NCBI GenBank assembly: GCA_016930515.1
Contig: JAFGGO010000099.1
Coordinates: 1-25,526 of the forward strand
Reading direction: 5' to 3'
Length of the DNA: 25,526 bases
From: Promethearchaeota archaeon
GTDB lineage: Archaea; Asgardarchaeota; Lokiarchaeia; Sigyniarchaeales; SOKP01
The first letter of the stretch is position 1, and each line of letters opens with the position of its first letter. A program made the position numbers and the translations under genes. This document shows, piece by piece, positions 9,383 to 17,254 of the stretch. Below the pieces are notes generated by a model. The model saw only the letters and a list, made by a program, of their open reading frames with translations. It was not told the DNA's origin and did no database searches.

Positions 9383-10072
9383 AATGCCTGTCAAAATTAT
9401 GCCTTGAACTATAAAAAACTGAGCAAGAATATATGTTATCATGATATATAGTCTCATATTTTTTATTTTAGACTCTCCAAATTGATCGATGGCTATAATC
9501 GAATCAGAAAGGATGAATAAAAAGGAACCAAGATACACAAAGAAAAAACAAGGGCAATAAAGACCTGGTAGCTTGGAAAGTCTTAACAAAGCAAAAACGT
9601 GCATCAATATAATCACGCCCATATACACAAATACAGGTATTTTCATGCTTCCTAAGCCTTTCTTGAATTTTGGAAAAGCTATTATTACAAGAACTATTAC
9701 AGGAATTACAAGCAAGAAACCATAAACTGGAAACCTTAAAATATCCCCGCCCAGGTAAAGAGAGAAAGAAATAATATAAAATACATGCCCTAACAAAAAG
9801 GCAACCATCCCAATAAGGAAATACTTCTCGTTCTCCTGAGAAAGCAAAAAAGTATCGCCTAAAGCCCCGAAAATCAATGCAAAAACGATTAATACATCGA
9901 ATTGATTTATTGCGAAAGTTCCGAACGCATAATACAGGGCAAGTAAGGGCATCAACAAGGGTTTGCTGAATTTAATCAAATTTTTGCTTTCTTTTAAAAT
10001 TCCATAAATATGGAGGATAGAATCCAAACAAAATAAGATTACAAAGAGATATTCAATCATTTTTTCAATCAT
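9371..10072 (-). CDS. YhhN/TMEM86 family membrane protein (lysoplasmalogenase-like)
   Basis: Multi-TM protein with KPLLMPLL, GALGDTFLL, FLIGMVAFLLGHVFYI, GSFLFILSDSIIA and MITYILAQ. Confidence 0.88.
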   Translation of the reverse strand: MIEKMIEYLFVILFCLDSILHIYGILKESKNLIKFSKPLLMPLLALYYAFGTFAINQFDVLIVFALIFGALGDTFLLSQENEKYFLIGMVAFLLGHVFYIISFSLYLGGDILRFPVYGFLLVIPVIVLVIIAFPKFKKGLGSMKIPVFVYMGVIILMHVFALLRLSKLPGLYCPCFFFVYLGSFLFILSDSIIAIDQFGESKIKNMRLYIMITYILAQFFIVQGIILTGILFG

Positions 10073-10164
10073 TTGTAATATGATTATTATGTATTTTTAG
10101 ACTTCTCAAGATATAAACATTGAGCTTGATCATTCTCTATAATTATAACCTCGTTTTATAAAGA

Positions 10165-10617
10165 TCACCCAAACGCACCTTCGGGGGCAAATATAATATT
10201 AGAATTGTGATCAAAAATTGTTCCTTCGAAATATACGATAGGTTTTAAGCCATAACAAAGTTTTCCTATTATATCTTCTGCTCTTCCCTGTGGATCTCTT
10301 TTAGGAGTTATATCAACATTTACAACAAGCGTAGTTTTTCTGAGTTTGTTAATGAGTTCAATCACTTGAAAAGGATAATTAGAACCAATTGTTCTTACAT
10401 ACATCAAAAACCCTTCTAGATATTTTTCTCTCTCTTCTTCTGGTAGTTCCATACACTCTACTCTAAGGTCCTCCCATTCATATAAATACACCAAACCTTT
10501 TTCATTTTTCATTTCTTCTGGCTTTAATTCTCGAACAAGGCATTTCATTTGAAAAGAAGGGAGAATATCATATTTACGAGAATGTAGTACGAAACTTTCT
10601 GTCAAAGATGAAAACAC
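10165..10617 (-). CDS. Hypothetical protein
   Basis: 150-aa ORF with GTG start that fills the gap and has a typical composition. No motif recognised. Confidence 0.6.
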   Translation of the reverse strand: MFSSLTESFVLHSRKYDILPSFQMKCLVRELKPEEMKNEKGLVYLYEWEDLRVECMELPEEEREKYLEGFLMYVRTIGSNYPFQVIELINKLRKTTLVVNVDITPKRDPQGRAEDIIGKLCYGLKPIVYFEGTIFDHNSNIIFAPEGAFG

Positions 10618-10748
10618 CGTCTAATATTTTAGAAAGAAATAATATTTATTATTATACTAGAAAGTGATATTTATTAATCACTCAAAATATTAAAAGAATA
10701 TTCTATAGACTATTAATTATATTTTAACTCTCATACAAGGTATAACTA

Positions 10749-11522
10749 ATGAACGAAGAAAAAGACATGTTAATATTGACCGAAAAATTAAAGGACTATT
10801 TAAAAACTCTTGAAATTGATATAGTTGGAGTAGCTGATGTGAATAATGAACTTTTTGTTCAAGCACCTGAGGAGCACCAACCTAAAAACATTCTTGAAAA
10901 AGCAAAAAGCGTAATAGTTTTTGGTATACCAATGACAAGGAGTATTTTCAAATTGAAAAAACACCAACTTCAGCTCCTTCACAGGGAATACCACAGCCTA
11001 TATAAAAATCTCGATATTATTTCAACGAAATTGGCAATATACATAGAATCTTTAGGGCATTACGCAATACCTATTCCGTCCTACAATCCGACTTCCTATA
11101 AAAATAATATTGAACCTTGGGGCGTGATTTCGCTTAAGCACGCATCGGTTGCCGCAGGTATCGGAAAAATTGCGAAAAATGGAATGATGATCCACCCAAG
11201 ATATGGTACATTGGTTAGATTGGCTGCCGTTATAACGACCGCAAATTTATCCCCTGATCCCGTATTGGAAGAGGATATTTGCTTGGATTGTAATCTCTGC
11301 GTCGAAGCGTGCCCTTACGGAGCGTTCACGAACGAGGGAAAGTTTAATAAAATTATTTGCATGCCAAAAACGGTGAAACATGGCTTATTTTCGCTTCACT
11401 ATAACGATCCAATGTTTCGGCAGAAAATTGAACTAGTTACAAATACAATGTTTTTGGAATATTCCATAGGATGCACGAGTTGCCAAGAAGCATGTCCACT
11501 TAACAAAAAACCATTAAAATAG
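10749..11522 (+). CDS. QueG/reductive-dehalogenase-like 2x[4Fe-4S] protein
   Basis: DIVGVA, AKSVIVFG, SLKHASVAAGIGKIAKNGMMIHPRYGTLVRLAAVIT, CLDCNLCVEACP, and C...CTSCQEACP. Confidence 0.85.
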   Translation: MNEEKDMLILTEKLKDYLKTLEIDIVGVADVNNELFVQAPEEHQPKNILEKAKSVIVFGIPMTRSIFKLKKHQLQLLHREYHSLYKNLDIISTKLAIYIESLGHYAIPIPSYNPTSYKNNIEPWGVISLKHASVAAGIGKIAKNGMMIHPRYGTLVRLAAVITTANLSPDPVLEEDICLDCNLCVEACPYGAFTNEGKFNKIICMPKTVKHGLFSLHYNDPMFRQKIELVTNTMFLEYSIGCTSCQEACPLNKKPLK

Positions 11523-11569
11523 GATTTAAAATAAAAGAAATAAAAAATAACTTGCATTTAACAATGATA

Positions 11570-13090
11570 TCATGTACGGTTATCAGAAACGGCGTATTCG
11601 GCCCAACCGCGCTTCAGATCACCTTTAGTGCCCATCATTTCTTCTTTAATCCAACCATCGTAGATCTTCCACATTTGCTCTAAATTATTCGTTATTCGCA
11701 CGCCTCTCTTTAATGGGTCCTTCCTAGCATTACTATAATCTAAGAAATAAACGATATATTCAGGGAAATATCCGCTATCGCCCTTGTTTGTTTTCCACGC
11801 CATGAATTTTTTTATTGCATTATCTCCCTTGTCGTAAACGGCTTTTGCTAAAACTTTTGAAGATTTCAATTTAAGTTCTTTCACGGAGTCCGACACTTGG
11901 ATGTCTAAAAGATCTGTAATTTGACTGATTCGCACATCTTCTATGTTGGATGCATCTTTATCCGATCTAATTGGATCTGTTTCGATGAATCGAGGGTGGA
12001 TGAGCTTAACGAATGGCATTAGACGAATCATTTTCCACTCGTTGTTATCCTTATCGAAAAATAAAGACGGTTGCATGATGGGCTCTCCTTCGTGGTCCGT
12101 GATAATGTCCAAGTATTCTAATTGCCCAACTAATTGAGGCTTTACCATTTTCATGGCCCTTCCGTCTCGAGTCGTGGTGATAAAACTTCTTGATTCGATT
12201 ATTTCGAATTGAGACCAGATTTCTCTTCTTTGATCGTCTGTCAAGCCACCACCCACTCTCGTTAAAACTTGATAATTTCCATCGGGATACCTTAACGCAA
12301 CGAGGGCAGTTGCAAGTTGATTTTCTCCCAATCGAGAGTCTTGCCGACCTTCTGCGATAGCAATTATCGCAACATCAAGAGTGTGAATTGGTTTAATTTT
12401 AAGGGTAAGATGTCCTGCTCGGACGATCAATCCCTCGTGTCCACCTTTAACCACGGTTTTAAAATAATATTCCTGCAAGTCGTGTGTATTGGAAAACGAT
12501 TTCGTTCGAACAGGGGCGATCCTGCCATCTTTTTCGAATATTTCTGAAAGCTTATCATGACGTTCCCTGTATTCCTTTTCTAACCAATCTTTTCCATCTA
12601 TTTCAACCACATCAAAAACTCGAAATCCAATTCGTTCTAAATCTTCATCGGATGAAGGATTTCTCCTATAACGCATCAAATCGTATACGGTTGATCGGGC
12701 GTTAAAATCAATGGGTGTTGTCGTTGATGCGTGCATCTCTCCCATAAAGAGGGCAGACTTAATCCCTTTTTTTTTCATGATTTGCTTCATTTCGTCATTA
12801 ATAGGCAACCCGAGGAAGACCCGGTGAGTAGGCGTGTTAAAAAAGATCGATTCGTCTTTTTTTTCGTCGTAGTAATATCCTGTAAAAGCGCCATCAACTT
12901 TTACACTCGCTATGAAATTTTTTCCAGGAAGTCCTATGATGTCTTCTTCTCTTCTCGTTAAAAAGCGTTGAGTAATATTTTTTCGATAAAAATCTATTTT
13001 TTTAGCCAAATCAGAATAAGGTAGGCTTTCAGATTTGCCTCTTAAATATCCGTGGAAAGACGTCTCAATTTTATCTTTAGTTAATTTCAT
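11570..13090 (-). CDS. Compact ATP-dependent DNA ligase (NTase + OB domains) with an extra C-terminal domain
   Basis: Motif I SVKVDG (K64), III FMGEM, IIIa FRVFDVV, IV HEGLIVR, V LKIKPIHTLDVAIIA. OB domain RVGGGLTDDQR and VKPQLVGQLEY; motif VI-like HPRF. No N-terminal DNA-binding domain. Confidence 0.85.
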   Translation of the reverse strand: MKLTKDKIETSFHGYLRGKSESLPYSDLAKKIDFYRKNITQRFLTRREEDIIGLPGKNFIASVKVDGAFTGYYYDEKKDESIFFNTPTHRVFLGLPINDEMKQIMKKKGIKSALFMGEMHASTTTPIDFNARSTVYDLMRYRRNPSSDEDLERIGFRVFDVVEIDGKDWLEKEYRERHDKLSEIFEKDGRIAPVRTKSFSNTHDLQEYYFKTVVKGGHEGLIVRAGHLTLKIKPIHTLDVAIIAIAEGRQDSRLGENQLATALVALRYPDGNYQVLTRVGGGLTDDQRREIWSQFEIIESRSFITTTRDGRAMKMVKPQLVGQLEYLDIITDHEGEPIMQPSLFFDKDNNEWKMIRLMPFVKLIHPRFIETDPIRSDKDASNIEDVRISQITDLLDIQVSDSVKELKLKSSKVLAKAVYDKGDNAIKKFMAWKTNKGDSGYFPEYIVYFLDYSNARKDPLKRGVRITNNLEQMWKIYDGWIKEEMMGTKGDLKRGWAEYAVSDNRT

Positions 13091-13099
13091 CGTTTTGTG

Positions 13100-13807
13100 C
13101 TACCTCGTTTTTTTTTTCTTTGGAAGTTTTATTTCTTGATCAGAGATGTGAAGAATAAGACAATATGAATCGTCCTTTACCCTTCCCTCTAAAAATGCTC
13201 TAGGAAATTTCCTTCCACCATCGTACAGAACTAAAGGTTCCTTTTTTTTTGTATCTGAATTGTAGGCCTCAACCAATGCAAATTTACCAGATAAAAATAA
13301 TTTTTTAGCAATATCAAACAAAAATTTATAGGAAGCTCCATCGTAATGAGTGATAAAATAACTCTTACGAAACACATAATTCACAAGTAAATCCTTAGGC
13401 TCGAATAATTCTTCGGTTATCCTAACTGGTAGTGTCCCATGAACATTTCCTGTTGATCGTTCGTGTGGTCTCTCCTGTTTTTTTCCATCGGGTCTTATAA
13501 TCACATCAAAAGACTTGAAATTATACACGGGATCGTAGTTATCTTTTACTGCGATTCTCGAAGTCGACTTGATATACCTCCCCGTCGTGTTTGGATCTAC
13601 ATCCACATCTTCATCCTTGAGTTTTTTCACGAGGTCAGGCTCCTCAAGAAGTTTTTCATCAGATTTTTCTCGATCAAAAATTAGATACCTTTTACTATCG
13701 ACCTTTTTTCCATCAGGACTCAACCTAAAATATTTCTTTGTCCCGTGAGTGGGAATCAGTTCCAAGTTCTTTGCGTCAATCTTTTCGTAAGCCAAATATA
13801 TTTTCAT
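13100..13807 (-). CDS. Hypothetical protein, putative divergent Ku core domain (Ku-like B)
   Basis: VRITEELFEPKDLLVNYVFRKSYFITHYDGASYKFLFDIAKKLFLSGKFALV...YCLILHISDQEIK resembles the prokaryotic Ku pattern (ieI..Fv...eidp.YF.rsYyl.p.....kay.LLr.aL..sgk.aia...l.l..l.y.dEvr). Basic C-tail. GAGGTGA SD upstream. Confidence refers to the Ku call; the ORF itself is secure. Confidence 0.6.
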   Translation of the reverse strand: MKIYLAYEKIDAKNLELIPTHGTKKYFRLSPDGKKVDSKRYLIFDREKSDEKLLEEPDLVKKLKDEDVDVDPNTTGRYIKSTSRIAVKDNYDPVYNFKSFDVIIRPDGKKQERPHERSTGNVHGTLPVRITEELFEPKDLLVNYVFRKSYFITHYDGASYKFLFDIAKKLFLSGKFALVEAYNSDTKKKEPLVLYDGGRKFPRAFLEGRVKDDSYCLILHISDQEIKLPKKKKTR

Positions 13808-13816
13808 TTCTTCTTA

Positions 13817-13823
13817 TCACCTC
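13817..13823 (-). promoter_or_regulatory. Shine-Dalgarno GAGGTGA overlapping the stop codon of the upstream gene
   Basis: Minus strand reads TGAGGTGATAAGAAGAAATG. Similar GAGGT(G) motifs precede the ligase (13102-13106) and rad50 (17261-17266). Confidence 0.7.
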
Positions 13824-14421
13824 ACCACACATCAAATTCGGGTTCTTCTTCCTCTTCTTCGTCATAATACAATATTTCTTGCGGTTTTAACATTACTGGG
13901 GCGATATATTCTCCAATAGCAACAAGCAATACATCATCTTTAGGAATGAGTATTGCGTCTTTCGGATCTACCGTATCGTAATAAGCATATGTGAATTTGT
14001 ACAATTTATCTTGTTCCTCTAACAATTTTTCACAAGCTATCTTGAGATCTTGAAGATTTTCAGACTCTAAGACATACAACCTCTCAACATCATAGCAAAA
14101 ATAATCGAGTAGATTAATCGTGCTTTCGATGTTAACGGGTCCAGAATACATCGACTTGGTTTTAGGTAACTCCTTGCCATCTTCACCAACCACGATCGTT
14201 TCTTTCGTGTAAAAACCGTCTTCGTTCAAATAAGAACTTCCCATTCCGCCCGAAGGAACGACGTGGGTGCCGTCAGACGAGAGATAAGCGTTTTTAAATA
14301 TATTTCCATCGTTGTCCCTTCGCTCAATAATGATTTTTCCGTAAACATCGTCTCTCGAGAGCGCTTTCAACGAGCCCACAATGTCCTTTCCCTCTAATTG
14401 TAAGGTTAATTTTCTTGGCAT
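13822..14421 (-). CDS. Hypothetical protein, putative divergent Ku core domain (Ku-like A)
   Basis: RDNDGNIFKNAYLSSDGTHVVPSGGMGSSYLNEDGFY resembles the Ku bridge (h.kdg.ri.y.rv....g.eV....ivkgYe...g.y). VNIESTINLLDYFCYDVERLYVLE...LLEEQDKLYKF...AILIPKDDVLLV resembles the Ku core. Acidic C-tail. Confidence refers to the Ku call. Confidence 0.5.
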   Translation of the reverse strand: MPRKLTLQLEGKDIVGSLKALSRDDVYGKIIIERRDNDGNIFKNAYLSSDGTHVVPSGGMGSSYLNEDGFYTKETIVVGEDGKELPKTKSMYSGPVNIESTINLLDYFCYDVERLYVLESENLQDLKIACEKLLEEQDKLYKFTYAYYDTVDPKDAILIPKDDVLLVAIGEYIAPVMLKPQEILYYDEEEEEEPEFDVW

Positions 14422-14440
14422 TTTACATCCTCTATTTTCA

Positions 14441-14476
14441 AACTTATAAGTTCTAATTAAGGATTATTTAAAAAAA
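14441..14476 (-). promoter_or_regulatory. Candidate internal promoter (TATA-like TTTAAATA) and 12-bp palindrome upstream of the Ku-like pair
   Basis: The 121-nt gap after rad50 contains minus-strand TTTTTTTAAATA and, downstream of it, the perfect palindrome AACTTATAAGTT (14441-14452). Confidence 0.35.
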
Positions 14477-14542
14477 CAATCAGTAAAGAATTTTTAATAC
14501 TATACAAATTTCAACCTAATTTCAGATCGTTTTTAAAGCGAT

Positions 14543-17251
14543 TTAAGAATTAAGAAATTGCACGTGAGAAATTTCATCTTCGTCTTTCGAGAACTTTATG
14601 ACATTTTCAGCGCTTTCCTCAAATGTGTCGTCGTGAGATATGATAAAAAGTTGTTTGAAGCCTTTAATGTTTTGAATGCATTTAGCAAGGTTTAATCGCA
14701 CATCGGAGTCCAAATTCGTAGTTGGTTCGTCAAAAAAGGCAAAATCAGCGTTAGTTAATATTTTCAAAATCGAAAGGCGAACGGATAATGCAACTGCCAT
14801 TTGCTCGCCCCCTGATAATTGATTATATTCTTTTTCTATTTCAGGCGTGATGAGCCGCACGTTATAATCTTTTTCTAGTTTTAACTGAACGGCATCGGAA
14901 TCAGTTAGTTCCCTGTAAATTTCAGATGCTAGTTGGTTGATTTTATTGAGTAATGCTTCAGTTATTTTTGGTCCAGCTTCTTTATAAATAAGGCGGAGAG
15001 ATTCGGTGAGATCTCTTGAATAAACTAACCAAGCCCTTTGTTTTTCCAATTTCTCGAATTTTACTTGAAGGTCAACAAGGTGTTCCATTTTTTGTTCGTG
15101 TTTGAGCAAAATAGCGCCTTTTTCATCAATCTTTGTCTTCATTTGAATTGTTATTTCAAGCAAATTTTCCTTTTTAATCCTCGTCTCATTGAATTCTTCG
15201 TTGTTAAATAAGGTTAAAACATGCTTGATCTCTTTTTTGATAGAATCAAGGTTATTTTTAGTATTTTCCATGAGTTTGTTTTGTTTGGCAAGCTCTTTTT
15301 CGAGTTCGGGTACTTTATTGGCGATATTTATCGATTTTTGATACTTATTGTAATTTTCAATCGTTTTTTCTAATTCCTTTTTAACGGTCGTAAACTCTTC
15401 TGGAACATGTTTTAATTCGTTAATTTTTTTATCGAGTGGTTTTAAAATCTTCTCGAGCGGTTTTAATTCGGATAATAATTCGGTTTCTTCTTTCTGTAAT
15501 TTGGGAAGTTCAACATTAATCTTTTCTTTATAAAGTTGGTATTGCTCGATTGAGGATTTAAGTTGCTCCTTGCGATGCATGAGCTCATCGAGGCGTTTCT
15601 TCAGCTCTAATTTCAAACTAACTTTTTCTTTTAGTTCTTTAATTTGATTGATATATTCAATGTATAATTTCTTCACACTTCTTAATTCTCCCTCGTCTTC
15701 TGATAATTGCTCGATTTTCTGTTGTAAGCCCGAAATTTTTTCAATTTTTTTGTTAAATTCATTTAATTTATTTATCGTTGATTTTAGTTCTTCTTTTAAG
15801 GGTACGAGTTGTTTATGGAAGTGATCTATAAGCGAATTTCCCTCGATGTTCTTGCATTTTTCGTTCAGAAAGGGACAATTTCCTCCTTTCGAGTTTTTTA
15901 TGTTTTCTTCAAGGTGTGCAATTTCCGTATCGAGGGTGATTCTTTTTTCGTTAAGCTGATTATATTCGTTCTGGAATACCTCAAGTTGGGAATAATCGCT
16001 TCTAATTTTAGGAAGAACTTTCAATTTATCTTCCAATTCAAATTTCCTTTTATTATTTTCAAGGTGTTTTTCCTTGATTCCGTCTAAGTTTTCTTGATAT
16101 GCCATTATGGTTTTAATCTGCCCTTGTAATTCTTCGATCTTTTTCTGGATATCTTCTGATTCATTAAAATTTTCTTCTAATTTGGGAATCATATTTTTCA
16201 TACTTGAAATATCTCCAATTTGAGCACGAACCCTTTCGATTTTTGCGTTAAATTCTGTAATTCTTTTTTCTGAATTTGTTTTTTGTTCTTTAAAGGCTTG
16301 GAGTTTTAAATGATGTTCTTGAAGTTCTTTTTCTTTAATAATTAGTATCTTATGTTTAGTATGGTCTGAAAGTGCTTGTTTACAAATTTTTTCGGATTCT
16401 CTAGCTTCTAATAGATTTTTCTTGATAAGATCTGTGGTTTCTCCTTCACTTACTAATTTTTGTTCTAGTTCTTTCTGTTTAAGATCCAAATCTTTTAATT
16501 TTTCTTCCATTTTTTTTAATTTATCATGTTTTTCAGATACTTGCTTGAGCTCTTTTTCATTTGTTTCAAGATCAGATTCGAGTTTCTTAATTTCATCCTT
16601 TAATTGTTCTATTTCTTGCTCCGTTTCTTCTTTTTCCTTCAATTCTCCTTCCAATTTTCCCATTTCTACAGCTAATTCCTGAATCTCGTTCTTGAATAAA
16701 TTCACTAATTTAATCCCTTTTTCATAAATATTACGATACACATCTACATTTAAAATTGGATTAAAAAATTTCATTCGTTCAGTAGGCGTTCGGAGAAATG
16801 GTTCGGTAAAAGTCCCTTGAGGGATGCCTATGGAAGTCTCAAAAATGTTGGAAAGGTTCAAATCTTTTCTTAATGAAAATTGCGTTTTTAACCAGGCTAT
16901 AAGGTCGCTTTTATTATCTATGTTTTGAATCAAAACGCCTGTCCGAGCGTCTGATATTTCTATCGCATTATTCTGTTTCCCAATCGTCCTTTCCACGATA
17001 AAAACATCGTCGTTGAGACCCACAACCCATAATTTAATTACACCGTATTTAGGTGTTTTTCTTACGGTGGTACGCACATAAGACTTTTGATTTCCTGGAA
17101 GATAATTGAATAATACATATCCAATCATGTTTAATATCGTTGATTTTCCCGTACCGTTTTGACCGAGTAACATGTTTAAACCTTCTTGAAATTCAATAGT
17201 AGTCCTTTTATGGGTTGTGATGTTTTGTAGTTCGATTTTTTTAATCAACAT
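14543..17251 (-). CDS. rad50: Rad50/SbcC SMC-like ATPase
   Basis: Walker A GQNGTGKS, Q-loop IPQG, long coiled coils with a central CPFLNEKC, signature LSGGEQ, Walker B/D-loop FFDEPTTNLD, H-loop ISHD. Confidence 0.95.
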   Translation of the reverse strand: MLIKKIELQNITTHKRTTIEFQEGLNMLLGQNGTGKSTILNMIGYVLFNYLPGNQKSYVRTTVRKTPKYGVIKLWVVGLNDDVFIVERTIGKQNNAIEISDARTGVLIQNIDNKSDLIAWLKTQFSLRKDLNLSNIFETSIGIPQGTFTEPFLRTPTERMKFFNPILNVDVYRNIYEKGIKLVNLFKNEIQELAVEMGKLEGELKEKEETEQEIEQLKDEIKKLESDLETNEKELKQVSEKHDKLKKMEEKLKDLDLKQKELEQKLVSEGETTDLIKKNLLEARESEKICKQALSDHTKHKILIIKEKELQEHHLKLQAFKEQKTNSEKRITEFNAKIERVRAQIGDISSMKNMIPKLEENFNESEDIQKKIEELQGQIKTIMAYQENLDGIKEKHLENNKRKFELEDKLKVLPKIRSDYSQLEVFQNEYNQLNEKRITLDTEIAHLEENIKNSKGGNCPFLNEKCKNIEGNSLIDHFHKQLVPLKEELKSTINKLNEFNKKIEKISGLQQKIEQLSEDEGELRSVKKLYIEYINQIKELKEKVSLKLELKKRLDELMHRKEQLKSSIEQYQLYKEKINVELPKLQKEETELLSELKPLEKILKPLDKKINELKHVPEEFTTVKKELEKTIENYNKYQKSINIANKVPELEKELAKQNKLMENTKNNLDSIKKEIKHVLTLFNNEEFNETRIKKENLLEITIQMKTKIDEKGAILLKHEQKMEHLVDLQVKFEKLEKQRAWLVYSRDLTESLRLIYKEAGPKITEALLNKINQLASEIYRELTDSDAVQLKLEKDYNVRLITPEIEKEYNQLSGGEQMAVALSVRLSILKILTNADFAFFDEPTTNLDSDVRLNLAKCIQNIKGFKQLFIISHDDTFEESAENVIKFSKDEDEISHVQFLNS

Positions 17252-17254
17252 GCT

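Noticed and set aside
11570-14421. Somewhat higher GC in the ligase/Ku-like genes as evidence of a mobile island
   Set aside because: meaB and hps-rraA look similarly GC-enriched by eye, and no integrase, transposase, tRNA or att repeats were seen.
15000-16700. Quasi-periodic sequence within rad50
   Set aside because: Explained by K/E/L-rich coiled-coil heptads; not a DNA repeat array.
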